Shown here in pieces: positions 31,494-40,589 of a stretch of 42,893 bases of DNA. Under the pieces are notes generated by a model that worked only from the letters and a program-made list of their open reading frames with translations, ran no database searches and was not told where the DNA came from. The translations under genes were made by a program, and so were the position numbers. Position 1 is the first letter of the stretch. Each line of letters opens with the position of its first letter. This DNA comes from a virus, in IMG/VR virus record IMGVR_UViG_3300037424_002455, positions 1 through 42,893 of that record. One strand, written 5' to 3'.

Positions 31494-31934
31494 CTACTCC
31501 GGCAGTCTTGGAAAAGTTCGATCTCGCAAAGCGATCACCAGGCGCCCCATCTTCATAACAGCATCAATCAATACCCCCACCAGGTCGATCAGCGCAATGA
31601 ATACAGGCTTGATTGCCGCAAGCGTTCCAGCAGCGACTGCTTGTGTCCGAATGGTTGCCAATGGGGCGACAAGATTGGTGTTTGCCCATTCCCCCGCCTG
31701 CTGTGCGTCCCACATTGCCCACCCTGGGATTTGCTTGGCATTGGACTCTGCATTGGTTGTACGGTCACTGATACGTTGATAGGCTTCCATATCCACCACG
31801 CAATCAGCAAGATCCGCTTCGGTAAGATTAGGCTGGGAGGGACAGACCAACTGATCGCCATCAACATGAAATTCAACATCTCCGAATTTTGCAATAAACT
31901 TATCGCCGTCAAAATTGAATGGAATGGTTATCAT
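31494..31934 (-). CDS. Hypothetical protein downstream of the fibre gene (hydrophobic C-terminus)
   Basis: 146 aa. ATG directly follows the fibre stop. Last gene of the late operon, convergent with the integrase. Confidence 0.55.
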   Translation of the reverse strand: MITIPFNFDGDKFIAKFGDVEFHVDGDQLVCPSQPNLTEADLADCVVDMEAYQRISDRTTNAESNAKQIPGWAMWDAQQAGEWANTNLVAPLATIRTQAVAAGTLAAIKPVFIALIDLVGVLIDAVMKMGRLVIALRDRTFPRLPE

Positions 31935-33998
31935 TTATAAAATCTCCTTGACTAATAACCCTGGCGACCTGCCCGCGGTGAGTGTGTTCTGCGCCGTTCC
32001 CTCATTGTGTTTTATATAGAGTTCAACATAATCGTCAATGGCGGCTTGATACAGCTTCGGACCCGCTTGTGTAGTTTCATCATTATTCGTTCCGGTAAAT
32101 GATGACCACATTACATTTCGCCAAAATTCTGCCGCATTGACATAAGTGAGAGCTTGTAAGTTTTCTCCACCCTCCAGTCCGGCAATTGATGTAAGTCCGG
32201 TGATTTCATAATTTCCAGCACGACGGATGTTGATCCTGTCATTCGTGGTCACGTCTACAATATTGCCTCTGTCAATGACAGATGCGTCAAGGGCAATTTT
32301 TGTGAGAGTGTTATGATTGATATTTTGCGCCGCCTGGCGTTCGGCATAACCAAGACACGGAATCCGCCCATCCACTTCCATCTTCCAATCGCCTGCGCCA
32401 GTGCCGTGCGAAACAAAAGACATATACTCGTTGGCAATAAATATGCGTGTGAGTTCAACTGCATTCGCTTTGATGATGAGTTCATAAGTATCATCGCCAT
32501 CCAAAACGCGCAAGGCGATCCGCTCGCCCGCCGCCGCTGGTGTAGGGAGATTGAAATCCCTGTCCGCCGTCATTCCTGCAATTGTGCAATCATAGAAGTT
32601 CTCTTTTACCGCCGTGACATTTCCCGTCGTCACTGTTGTTGCATTGTAGGTCAGTCCCCCGCCTGCGCCCATCGTCTCTATTTTATCTCTTACCGCGTTC
32701 TTTGTCGGAGGTTCAAGGCTCCCATTCCATGCCGTTGCATCATAGGCTTCATCGGGGATGATTGGGTCGCTCGAAAATGTTTTCACGCCTGCAACGGTTT
32801 GGTTTCCCGTGAGAGCAACATAGAGCGTAGTAAGCCATGTTTTGAGGTTTGCAAAATATACATATTTGAGAGATGCGTCATCTGAGTCAAGAATACTAAT
32901 CCTGTCCAGATCGTCAGGAGTTGTTTTATTGCCTGCCAACAAGTATGCTACTGCAATAATCGACTCTATTGTCCCGGCATCTTCTAGTATCCTGCCCGAC
33001 GTATCGCTGAATTTAGCGATGTTTGCTCCTGTGGTTGCAGGTCCATTCACCGTCTTGTCAATTCTCCACGATGTACCAACAGTGGCTTGATCACCCGAAG
33101 CTGTCCCGTCTGCAATACACAGCACGGTATCGCCAGCTTGTACACTTGTTCCCGATGCACCGCCGATCTTTCCGGCAACACTGACGCGATAATAATCACC
33201 AGCGTCTGCGGCTGGATAGTTTGGATTGGCAGAGCAATCTATCTGTCCTTTGAATTCTGTTCCACCACCCCCACCACCGCCTCCTGAAGTCAACGAACGG
33301 ACATCCACGAAGTCGTTGATGGATTTTGGATCTCGATAGAGTTGTTCCTGACTGTCATACAGACGCACCGCACAGGATGCCTTACGACCACTTGTCTTGG
33401 CGGGGATATTGGCAGGAGTGAGAAGTTCCTTGGCTTCGATCGGCGTGCCCTCGATGACATAGATCACACCATCATCATCGGCTTCGATCAAGACATATAA
33501 AGCGCCTGCAGTGGGAACATAGGAAGAGAGATCGAGCTGTTGGTTCTCGATCCAGCCAAAGGTTTCATCTGCTTTTTCTATCACATCGCCATAGATCTGT
33601 ACGGTATGCGCACCTCCTTCGATGGGCATGACCAGGAATGGCAGGAACCGGTCTCGACCGATGAACAACCCGTCGTGTGTATGACGCGAGAGCTGTCCAC
33701 CACCTGCAGGAACGCCATAGGAATCACGCATCCCTTTGACGCGATAGATTGATTCACCCACCAGCCTTCCAACTTTCACCTGCAATCCTGGACGATCTGT
33801 TGGTGCAATGGAATTGTAAGCGGTCAACACCTGACCATTCTTTGGATCACGGACATATATGATGCCATCGATGCCTGTGAGGATGGTGGCATCCGCTTTG
33901 CCAACAACGAAATCAGAAACATCCATCCAGCCGGTCTGCGGCTTTTGAACTTGTTTCAACACTTTTCTCAATCGGGATTTTGTTCGTGGTTGTGCCAT
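31935..33998 (-). CDS. Tail fibre / receptor-binding protein candidate
   Basis: 687 aa, last large gene of the tail module. Has an internal Gly8 linker (SGGGGGGGGTEF). AGGA RBS. Confidence 0.6.
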   Translation of the reverse strand: MAQPRTKSRLRKVLKQVQKPQTGWMDVSDFVVGKADATILTGIDGIIYVRDPKNGQVLTAYNSIAPTDRPGLQVKVGRLVGESIYRVKGMRDSYGVPAGGGQLSRHTHDGLFIGRDRFLPFLVMPIEGGAHTVQIYGDVIEKADETFGWIENQQLDLSSYVPTAGALYVLIEADDDGVIYVIEGTPIEAKELLTPANIPAKTSGRKASCAVRLYDSQEQLYRDPKSINDFVDVRSLTSGGGGGGGGTEFKGQIDCSANPNYPAADAGDYYRVSVAGKIGGASGTSVQAGDTVLCIADGTASGDQATVGTSWRIDKTVNGPATTGANIAKFSDTSGRILEDAGTIESIIAVAYLLAGNKTTPDDLDRISILDSDDASLKYVYFANLKTWLTTLYVALTGNQTVAGVKTFSSDPIIPDEAYDATAWNGSLEPPTKNAVRDKIETMGAGGGLTYNATTVTTGNVTAVKENFYDCTIAGMTADRDFNLPTPAAAGERIALRVLDGDDTYELIIKANAVELTRIFIANEYMSFVSHGTGAGDWKMEVDGRIPCLGYAERQAAQNINHNTLTKIALDASVIDRGNIVDVTTNDRINIRRAGNYEITGLTSIAGLEGGENLQALTYVNAAEFWRNVMWSSFTGTNNDETTQAGPKLYQAAIDDYVELYIKHNEGTAQNTLTAGRSPGLLVKEIL

Positions 33999-34030
33999 TT
34001 TATCATCCTGTCACAATAATTTTCTGTTGT

Positions 34031-37030
34031 TCATTGCCCTGATATTCCCGGAACAATAATTTTTCTGATCACCATGCCAACGGGTATCAGATAGCCCAGA
34101 TTACCTTCTTTGTTCAACCAATCTTCTGCGCCAAAGGCATTGTTTGAATACCGAACCACACCGCGTGCCGCGATCCATCGACTATCCACTCCTGCGCCTC
34201 CGGCGTAGGCAAACGCATATTCCCCCCCTGCAGGAAGATTTGGTAATCCAGACCATGAAGTACCACCATCGGATGATTTACCTCTCTTACCTGAAGCATT
34301 ATCCCAGCCTGCTAATATATATTGACCTCCTGGATGCACTGCAAAATTCCTGTGAAATGATTTGGTCACATCAAAATCAGAAAAAGTTGCCCCGCCGTCG
34401 GTTGAAACTGAAATTGTATTTCCGTCACCATTATAGGCAATAATAATTTTACTTGTACCCGCCCTCCAATGTCCCGGGGTTGCGCCGCTTGCTGTTACAT
34501 TGGTAATATCCACAGCCGTCAATTGAGACGAACCATCCCCGGCAAAACGCCTGAATGTCTTTGTTGAACCTCCATTGTTGGATGTAATATGTCCCCATTC
34601 ATTGTTCCCGTAAGTAATTGGATTGGCGAATTGACCCAAAAACGTGAGCGCTGTTTTTTGTATAAATCCGTTCCTGTTACCGATCCACAAATGACGCCCT
34701 GTTTGAGCCGCTGAACAATTTCCAGCAATAAATGCGATCTCTTCCGGCTTATTCGGGTTATATCCCATGCCGCTGATACCGACCACTCCACCCGGTTCGT
34801 TTGCATCAAGCCACGCCTGGTCTATCACCTTTGTAAACAATGCACCAAGGGCAGGCGCAAAATAAATTGTGTCGATCCATCGCTCGAATACCTTTTCAAA
34901 AACAGCCATCCATACAGATCCGCCTGGGGTAATAAATACCTCAGGTATCCTGGCGAGACTGGCTGTTGTAATATATTCCAAATCAGCCGTATCTATCCCT
35001 GAATTCCAGAACTGCCATGTCACATCACCGGCTACAGGCTCGTTGAAATTTTTCGACAGAAGTAATCCCTTTATTTCATCGACCATCAAGACAGTAGGCG
35101 GTCCATCGGGAGCGGATGAAATGTCACCCGGAAAGAGCGTCGTGAGGTCCGGAATCTCGGGAAAGCTGCCCAGGCCAGGGAAAGCCGGGATTGATGTATC
35201 GTCAACATCTGGGATGTCGCCATCGGTGTTGACCTGTTCGAAGGTCTCGGATTCGAAGCTGAATTCGGGGTGCATGTACCCGCTTTCGGCATCGAATAAA
35301 AGGGTCATACGGCGCGGGATGAGGTTGCCATCGAAGGCGATCTCACGCGGGTTGTCTGTTGTTTCCATATCCAGTGAACAGAACTGGCGTGGGAAAAGGT
35401 CGATCATGCGGTTGTTCTGCGCAAGGATCACCGGCACATCGGGGAATTCGTTGATGTACCAGCCCAGCGCCAGACCTGCTAACTCGTTCGATTCAGCCTG
35501 CGATGCCGCCAGTAGTCTATCGATGCCCATCGGTTCACCGTAACGCCGCGGCACATGACCAGGTGAAAGGCTGTAGAGAGTTATGACGCTTCCCGATTCA
35601 TCCACCTGCTGGGATGAAAGCGTGATGAGCGAAACATCTTCCACCGTGACGCGTTGCAGGTCGATGCCTTCCTGCCAGTCGTCATCGGTGAGCGCCATCA
35701 CGGTTGCCCAGGTTCGGTCTGCTTCAGGGACCATTTGCGGATCGATTTCGACGAACAACCTGCCGAAGCGGTCGAAGCCGGGTGAAGCCAGCAAACGAGA
35801 CTGTGCAATATCGGCAAGTTGTCCCCAGATCGTGGAGGCAAGCGTTTTGCCATCCGGCAGGAGACGCGTATCTTCGGGCGGGTAAAAGTCCATGGTCTCG
35901 ATGGCGGTCGAATGCCAGTATAGGATGTGCCAGAGCACGCGGTCAACGGTCATGGAGGGGATCACCGACCACGAATCAGGTGTGTTGGTGGCGAAGGTCA
36001 ATTCGATAGGGAAGGCTTTGATCTTGTTGAGCCAATACTGCGGACCCTGCACCGTAAAATGGACCTGACCCGTTTCACGATCCCAGCGGATGGATTCGCC
36101 CATGATGCGCCCCACGCAAACGATGTTCTCGCGTCCTTCGATGGGACCGATCGACTGCTTCGTCTCCCCATACCAATCCTCAGCGAAGAGCACCACCAGC
36201 GACCGGTCACGGATCTCTCCCAGTCCCGCTTCGGCTTCCATTGCCATATCGAACATCCAGCCGCCCGTGTCGTAATCTGCAATGCATTGCGCCAATTGGA
36301 AGACCGTGGCTGGCTGGTTGGCATCGCGGTCATAGATAAAGACGTGCCGCACGCCCACTGTGGTTTTTGCGTTCGCGGCTGTGACTGTGCAAAAGACACG
36401 GTAAATACCGACTGCGTTATAGGTGATCGTGGGGGTGGCAGTGGACATGCCGCTCGATGCGCTCGAACCCGGCGCGGTCCACGCGTAGGCTGAGATGGTG
36501 GAACCAGGCACCCATGAGTCTGATGCGTCGAATGTCACATCGACGGTAGCCTCATCCAGCCAGGCAACGGCGTGCGGACCCAGAACAGGCACGGGATTGA
36601 AATCCGTATGCTGGTCATCGTATTCCACGTCCACGTCCATCACGAGCGCGGAATCGGCGATGACCGCGTGTTTTGCCCACAGGTCGAAGTCATCCACAAC
36701 GGTGAGATGACATTCTGCCTGCCAGTTGATCTCGCTGGTCAGACCAATGTAGAACCAACCAGAGATCGGGTCTTTGCGGATGCGGCACATACCGAGATCG
36801 AACGCGCCTGCGGTTGTGCCCACATAAAGGGTCATGCCGGGCTTCACATCGCCAAGCGTGCCGGAGCCGGTGTCGAATGCGATCTGTGCGACAAGGTCTG
36901 TGTAGGTTGGCACCACATCCAGCCGCGCCGTGTAGATGGTGTTCGGCTTGAAGATAGCCAGATATAACTTGCTCCACTGACCATCGCCGCGGAGCAATGC
37001 CAGTTCGGGGGCAGTGATTGCACGCGCCAT
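34031..37030 (-). CDS. Large distal tail / host-specificity protein with a C-terminal BNR (Asp-box) region
   Basis: 999 aa, follows the tape measure and a small tail protein. Asp-boxes STDGGATFS (34379-34405) and SSDGGTSWS (34250-34276). Confidence 0.65.
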   Translation of the reverse strand: MARAITAPELALLRGDGQWSKLYLAIFKPNTIYTARLDVVPTYTDLVAQIAFDTGSGTLGDVKPGMTLYVGTTAGAFDLGMCRIRKDPISGWFYIGLTSEINWQAECHLTVVDDFDLWAKHAVIADSALVMDVDVEYDDQHTDFNPVPVLGPHAVAWLDEATVDVTFDASDSWVPGSTISAYAWTAPGSSASSGMSTATPTITYNAVGIYRVFCTVTAANAKTTVGVRHVFIYDRDANQPATVFQLAQCIADYDTGGWMFDMAMEAEAGLGEIRDRSLVVLFAEDWYGETKQSIGPIEGRENIVCVGRIMGESIRWDRETGQVHFTVQGPQYWLNKIKAFPIELTFATNTPDSWSVIPSMTVDRVLWHILYWHSTAIETMDFYPPEDTRLLPDGKTLASTIWGQLADIAQSRLLASPGFDRFGRLFVEIDPQMVPEADRTWATVMALTDDDWQEGIDLQRVTVEDVSLITLSSQQVDESGSVITLYSLSPGHVPRRYGEPMGIDRLLAASQAESNELAGLALGWYINEFPDVPVILAQNNRMIDLFPRQFCSLDMETTDNPREIAFDGNLIPRRMTLLFDAESGYMHPEFSFESETFEQVNTDGDIPDVDDTSIPAFPGLGSFPEIPDLTTLFPGDISSAPDGPPTVLMVDEIKGLLLSKNFNEPVAGDVTWQFWNSGIDTADLEYITTASLARIPEVFITPGGSVWMAVFEKVFERWIDTIYFAPALGALFTKVIDQAWLDANEPGGVVGISGMGYNPNKPEEIAFIAGNCSAAQTGRHLWIGNRNGFIQKTALTFLGQFANPITYGNNEWGHITSNNGGSTKTFRRFAGDGSSQLTAVDITNVTASGATPGHWRAGTSKIIIAYNGDGNTISVSTDGGATFSDFDVTKSFHRNFAVHPGGQYILAGWDNASGKRGKSSDGGTSWSGLPNLPAGGEYAFAYAGGAGVDSRWIAARGVVRYSNNAFGAEDWLNKEGNLGYLIPVGMVIRKIIVPGISGQ

Positions 37031-37402
37031 TTATACCGCCACCAGATTCCGAAACGTGACCACGTAATTCTTGCGGTTTCCATACCAGCGACCCATGCCA
37101 TCGTTGGGGACGATCATATTCGCTTGAAATACATCATAGTTATCGTCATCGATGCGTGTGCGTATAAATACCTCAGCAGATGCACCTGCGCAGAAGGTTC
37201 TCAACATCGTGTATTCTTCGATGGTGAGCAATTGGAACGTCCATGTGGCGACAGGCGAGCCAACGCCGCGCGTGCCACCACTGCCCTTATTCACGACGCG
37301 TGCAAAAGGCTGGAAGTCGAACTGCGGCAAAGGGAGTGGCGTTGCCAGTGATTCGATATTTGTCATGCCGCCTTCTGTTGTGCCTATCTCAAAGTCTGCC
37401 AT
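37031..37402 (-). CDS. Minor tail protein (position of lambda gpM / distal tail protein)
   Basis: 123 aa. ATG overlaps the tape-measure stop (TAATG). Call is by position only. Confidence 0.5.
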   Translation of the reverse strand: MADFEIGTTEGGMTNIESLATPLPLPQFDFQPFARVVNKGSGGTRGVGSPVATWTFQLLTIEEYTMLRTFCAGASAEVFIRTRIDDDNYDVFQANMIVPNDGMGRWYGNRKNYVVTFRNLVAV

Positions 37403-39234
37403 TAACTTGCTCCTCCGAGCGCGTTGATCAGTGTGTTCATCATCTGCTCATTGTTCTCGGCGATCATGCCCTGCACCTGGCGTGTTGTGATCCCGCCGCT
37501 GAATTGCATGGTGATATTCTGCTGTTGTGTGCTGTTGTTATTCACCAGGGGTTTTGCCATCATCTGAGCCACGTCATCCGGGTTCATGCCCTGTTGCCAG
37601 CCTTTTGCATAACCTAGTGCGCTCCAGATGCCGCGCTTTTCCATTACACCTGAAGGCGAGTGCATATCCAGCTTGTCGTCAAATGTTTTCAAGACCGCTT
37701 CGACCGCCTTCGTTGCGGCAAGGATAAGGCTGGGGATGCCCAGCAACATGCCGTTCGCGAGACCCAATAAAATACTTTTACCCACATCCATCCAGTTGGT
37801 GTTTTTGAAGGCGGTGACGATGTAATCACGGAGACGCGGCAGGGCATTGCGCAGAAAGTTCGTGAAGTTGTTCCAGGCGGTGACGATCCAACCGAACCAG
37901 TTCTGCCAGCGTTCCTGAATTTTATCCACGAGCGTGTTCCAGGCTTCCTGCAGGTATTCGGTGGCGGCTTCCGTGTCTCCCCGCAGGAAGGCTGTCAGCG
38001 CCCCCCACAACGACTTGATAACGCTCACAAACGTCTTCCAGGTGCCCTGGATATCGAAGATGTTCGACTTCCACAATACCGCCCACCAGACGACCACAGC
38101 CGCAATCGCCAGCAGAATGACAATGATCGGGAATAACGCCGCGCCTGTTCCAGCAATGGCTGTGTTCAATCCGAGAATGCCCGTTCCGAGCGGACCCAAT
38201 GAAACGCCAAAGAATGAGAGAACTTTTACAACGATTGCGAGAACCGAAACAAGTTTCACAAAACCGAATACTAATCCAAATATCCCGCCTGAAAAGGGAT
38301 TGAGACTTTTGGTCGTAAAATGAATCATTGGAAGTAACGTCCCCATTAATATAAGCAAGGGTCCAAGTATTGCCACAAAAGCCAGAAAACCAACGATGAC
38401 CTTTTGTTGAAAGGGAGATAGATTTTTGAATTTCTCAAGCCATTCATTCAAGATCGTAACGAATATCTTGGCGACAGGTAATAAATTTTGACCAAGGATT
38501 GCCAGGATGTCCTTCCAATTTGCGTTCAAGGTCTTTAATTGTCCTGCTAATTCCCCACCTGTTCGAGCTATATCACCCTGGGCAACACTGGTTTGCTCAA
38601 GGATAATGGCATAACGTGCGGCGATCAGATCGCCTTGTGTGAATTGACCATTGAGTTTCTGGAAACCCATTTCCATTGCTTTGGCTTCCACAGTCGTAGC
38701 ACGTAGATCGATACCCAGATCGCGCACCGCTTCCGTTTCACCGACAATGCCAGATTTCAATTTCACCAGAACAAGAGACGGGTCCATATTGTTGATGGAG
38801 CCAAGATCTCCAGCTAATTGCACCAACACTGTTGACATCTCAGCCGCATCTTTTTTGCCGATCTTCATGGCAATAAAAAGATTTCCAAATGTGCCCGCCG
38901 CCTCGAGTGCCTGCTGTTGTGACAACTGCATGGATTTGGCGGAACCTTCCGACCATTGTTCGACATAATCAGCCATGTCCCCAAATACTACTTTGACCTT
39001 GCTTTTGGTTTCCACCATATCGGAAGCCATTTTTATGGATGCAGTTCCCAATGCCAGAATGGGCAAGGTCAAACCAACTGTCAACTTTTGTCCAACATCC
39101 TTCATCTGCGCGCCAAGTTGTTTTGCGGATGTTTCTAGTGAGCTCAGGCTTGCTTTGCCTTTATCTACACCCTGCACTAGTCCCTTGGTATCAAGCGCGA
39201 CCTTCCCATAGGCGGAACCTAGATTGATAGCCAT
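37402..39234 (-). CDS. Tail tape measure protein
   Basis: Start at MAINLGSAYG with GGAGG upstream. N-terminal TP901-type region, long hydrophobic central segments. 610 aa. Confidence 0.85.
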   Translation of the reverse strand: MAINLGSAYGKVALDTKGLVQGVDKGKASLSSLETSAKQLGAQMKDVGQKLTVGLTLPILALGTASIKMASDMVETKSKVKVVFGDMADYVEQWSEGSAKSMQLSQQQALEAAGTFGNLFIAMKIGKKDAAEMSTVLVQLAGDLGSINNMDPSLVLVKLKSGIVGETEAVRDLGIDLRATTVEAKAMEMGFQKLNGQFTQGDLIAARYAIILEQTSVAQGDIARTGGELAGQLKTLNANWKDILAILGQNLLPVAKIFVTILNEWLEKFKNLSPFQQKVIVGFLAFVAILGPLLILMGTLLPMIHFTTKSLNPFSGGIFGLVFGFVKLVSVLAIVVKVLSFFGVSLGPLGTGILGLNTAIAGTGAALFPIIVILLAIAAVVVWWAVLWKSNIFDIQGTWKTFVSVIKSLWGALTAFLRGDTEAATEYLQEAWNTLVDKIQERWQNWFGWIVTAWNNFTNFLRNALPRLRDYIVTAFKNTNWMDVGKSILLGLANGMLLGIPSLILAATKAVEAVLKTFDDKLDMHSPSGVMEKRGIWSALGYAKGWQQGMNPDDVAQMMAKPLVNNNSTQQQNITMQFSGGITTRQVQGMIAENNEQMMNTLINALGGAS

Positions 39235-39249
39235 GCCGCCTCCGTGTTG

Positions 39250-39304
39250 AAAACAAAACAGACGTTCGACCTGCACCCGGCTGGGGGTGAGGTCAGAATG
39301 TCTG
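39250..39304 (-). terminator. Rho-independent terminator after ORF 39326-39628
   Basis: Imperfect long hairpin (cagac..ttc..gacct..caccc / gggtg..aggtc..gaa..gtctg) followed on the minus strand by UUUUGUUUU. Confidence 0.55.
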
Positions 39305-39325
39305 CCTTATTGAATTGCATTGATT

Positions 39326-39628
39326 TTACTTTTCGAGCAACGCTCCAAATCCGAGCGCAACGATATCGTAGCTCACCGAGCCAATCGATTCGGCGATGCC
39401 CTGATTGTCGACCCAGTCTGCTTTCTCTTTCTTCGCATCGTAACCTGTCAACAGGATCAGATCGTCGAGCAGGCGCAGGGCTTCCGGTCGGGCTTGAGCA
39501 ATCTCCATATATTTTCGCAACGCTTCGTAGGTGGCATCTGCCATCATATGAACCAGTTGCGGTGAAAACATGGGTCTTTCCTGTGGCGCCATTAGAACCA
39601 TTCCTTGTATTTTTTGTTGCGGTAACAT
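39326..39628 (-). CDS. Hypothetical 100-aa protein (moron between chaperone and tape measure genes)
   Basis: Start at MLPQQKIQ with an AAGGAG RBS 6 nt upstream. Has its own promoter and terminator. Confidence 0.55.
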   Translation of the reverse strand: MLPQQKIQGMVLMAPQERPMFSPQLVHMMADATYEALRKYMEIAQARPEALRLLDDLILLTGYDAKKEKADWVDNQGIAESIGSVSYDIVALGFGALLEK

Positions 39629-39804
39629 GGACGTCTCCTTTAACAAAGTTCTGCCACAGAACGAACACTGTCGGGAGACGTCCATCTCGGCGGCAACTTC
39701 TTTTTCTGTGGCAGAACCCTGCCATGAATATGGAATTGAATACAGTGTTACTTAAAAGCGAACTGCCGCCTTCATGGATGAGATTGGACGTCTCGTATGA
39801 GACG
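39627..39804 (-). promoter_or_regulatory. Structured ~170-nt leader with alternative pairings that can sequester the RBS and ATG of ORF 39326-39628
   Basis: The motif ggacgtctc occurs three times: 39628-39637, 39785-39794 (same sense) and 39675-39684 (complementary). A 14-bp pair at 39648-39661/39704-39717 is interleaved with them. A 5' hairpin lies at 39789-39804. Confidence 0.5.
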
Positions 39805-39833
39805 AGTATAAAACTCTTGAATGTTGCTGTCAA
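39805..39833 (-). promoter_or_regulatory. Near-consensus promoter inside the tail module
   Basis: On the minus strand: TTGACA, 17 nt, TATACT. Starts 1 nt after the stop codon at 39835-39837. Confidence 0.6.
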
Positions 39834-39834
39834 G

Positions 39835-40209
39835 TTACCAGATACCATTTGCGGGCACTTTCATCTTCCTGACGGGATATTTTCCCTTGATGGCGGCATA
39901 GCCTTTCGATTTTGTAGAGACGGGCAGTACAAATCCGTCGAAGGCGCTCCGTCCATTGCTGAGGTTATTTTCGACCTGCCTGCCCACCACCAGGCAGGCT
40001 TCATCCAATTGCCAGGCTCCCAGCTCCGTTTCGAAGTCGAAGAACTGGCTGGGCTTCTTTCCATAAGAGATCGCGGCGTTATACAACCGCCAGAGGTTCG
40101 TCCTGTCCTTCGCGAAAGGATTTGACCTGCTCCACCTCCCGATTGACAAAGGTGAAGATGTCCATCTTATCGTCTGCCGGAATTTCTCCGAGCAGGATGT
40201 GCTCGTCAT
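39835..40209 (-). CDS. Tail assembly chaperone extension (gpT-like) in the +1 frame, or an independent small ORF
   Basis: Overlaps the 3' end of the chaperone gene. The plausible protein sequence begins only near the overlap end (...LYNAAISYGKKPSQFFDFETELGAWQLDEACLVVG). Confidence 0.45.
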   Translation of the reverse strand: MTSTSCSEKFRQTIRWTSSPLSIGRWSRSNPFAKDRTNLWRLYNAAISYGKKPSQFFDFETELGAWQLDEACLVVGRQVENNLSNGRSAFDGFVLPVSTKSKGYAAIKGKYPVRKMKVPANGIW

Positions 40210-40534
40210 CTGCCTGTGTGCCGATCTTTGGCTCCACCAGGCACAACTCCACCAGCGTATTCAACATCTGGTTGAAGTCCGCGGTGTTCTTGGTAAGCTC
40301 GTTCAGATCGAATTCCTGGTTGCCGTTATTCGATGTTTCCTTCGCCATGTTGATGATGGCATCCGGCAGTTTTCCTGTGAACATCAAGTCAGTCATGGTC
40401 ACGTCGCGCAGTTTTACCTGCAAGCCGCTCGGCAAAGTCCGCTCATGGACTCTCCCGGCTCTCCACTCGGCAAGGCTTTTTCGCTTCGCCAATTCCGATT
40501 GCTTCAATGAAGCAGTTCCATTATTCTTTGACAT
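40079..40534 (-). CDS. Tail assembly chaperone (gpG-like)
   Basis: 151 aa, acidic, between the major tail and tape measure genes. GGAG RBS. Confidence 0.6.
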   Translation of the reverse strand: MSKNNGTASLKQSELAKRKSLAEWRAGRVHERTLPSGLQVKLRDVTMTDLMFTGKLPDAIINMAKETSNNGNQEFDLNELTKNTADFNQMLNTLVELCLVEPKIGTQADDEHILLGEIPADDKMDIFTFVNREVEQVKSFREGQDEPLAVV

Positions 40535-40546
40535 AATTCTCCAATT

Positions 40547-40589
40547 CCCCCTCTCCTAAAGGAGAGGGGTTAGGGGTGAGGTAAGGGGG
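40547..40589. repeat. GC hairpin element copy 4
   Basis: ccccctctcc taaa ggagagggg ttaggggtgaggtaaggggg. Intergenic, directly after the major tail stop. Confidence 0.85.

Noticed and set aside
39219-40125. ORFs of 209 aa (minus) and 293 aa (plus) spanning the chaperone to tape-measure gap
   Set aside because: The translations are Ser/Arg/Cys/Pro-rich and noise-like. They conflict with the promoter, structured leader, well-supported 100-aa ORF (strong RBS) and terminator found in the same interval.
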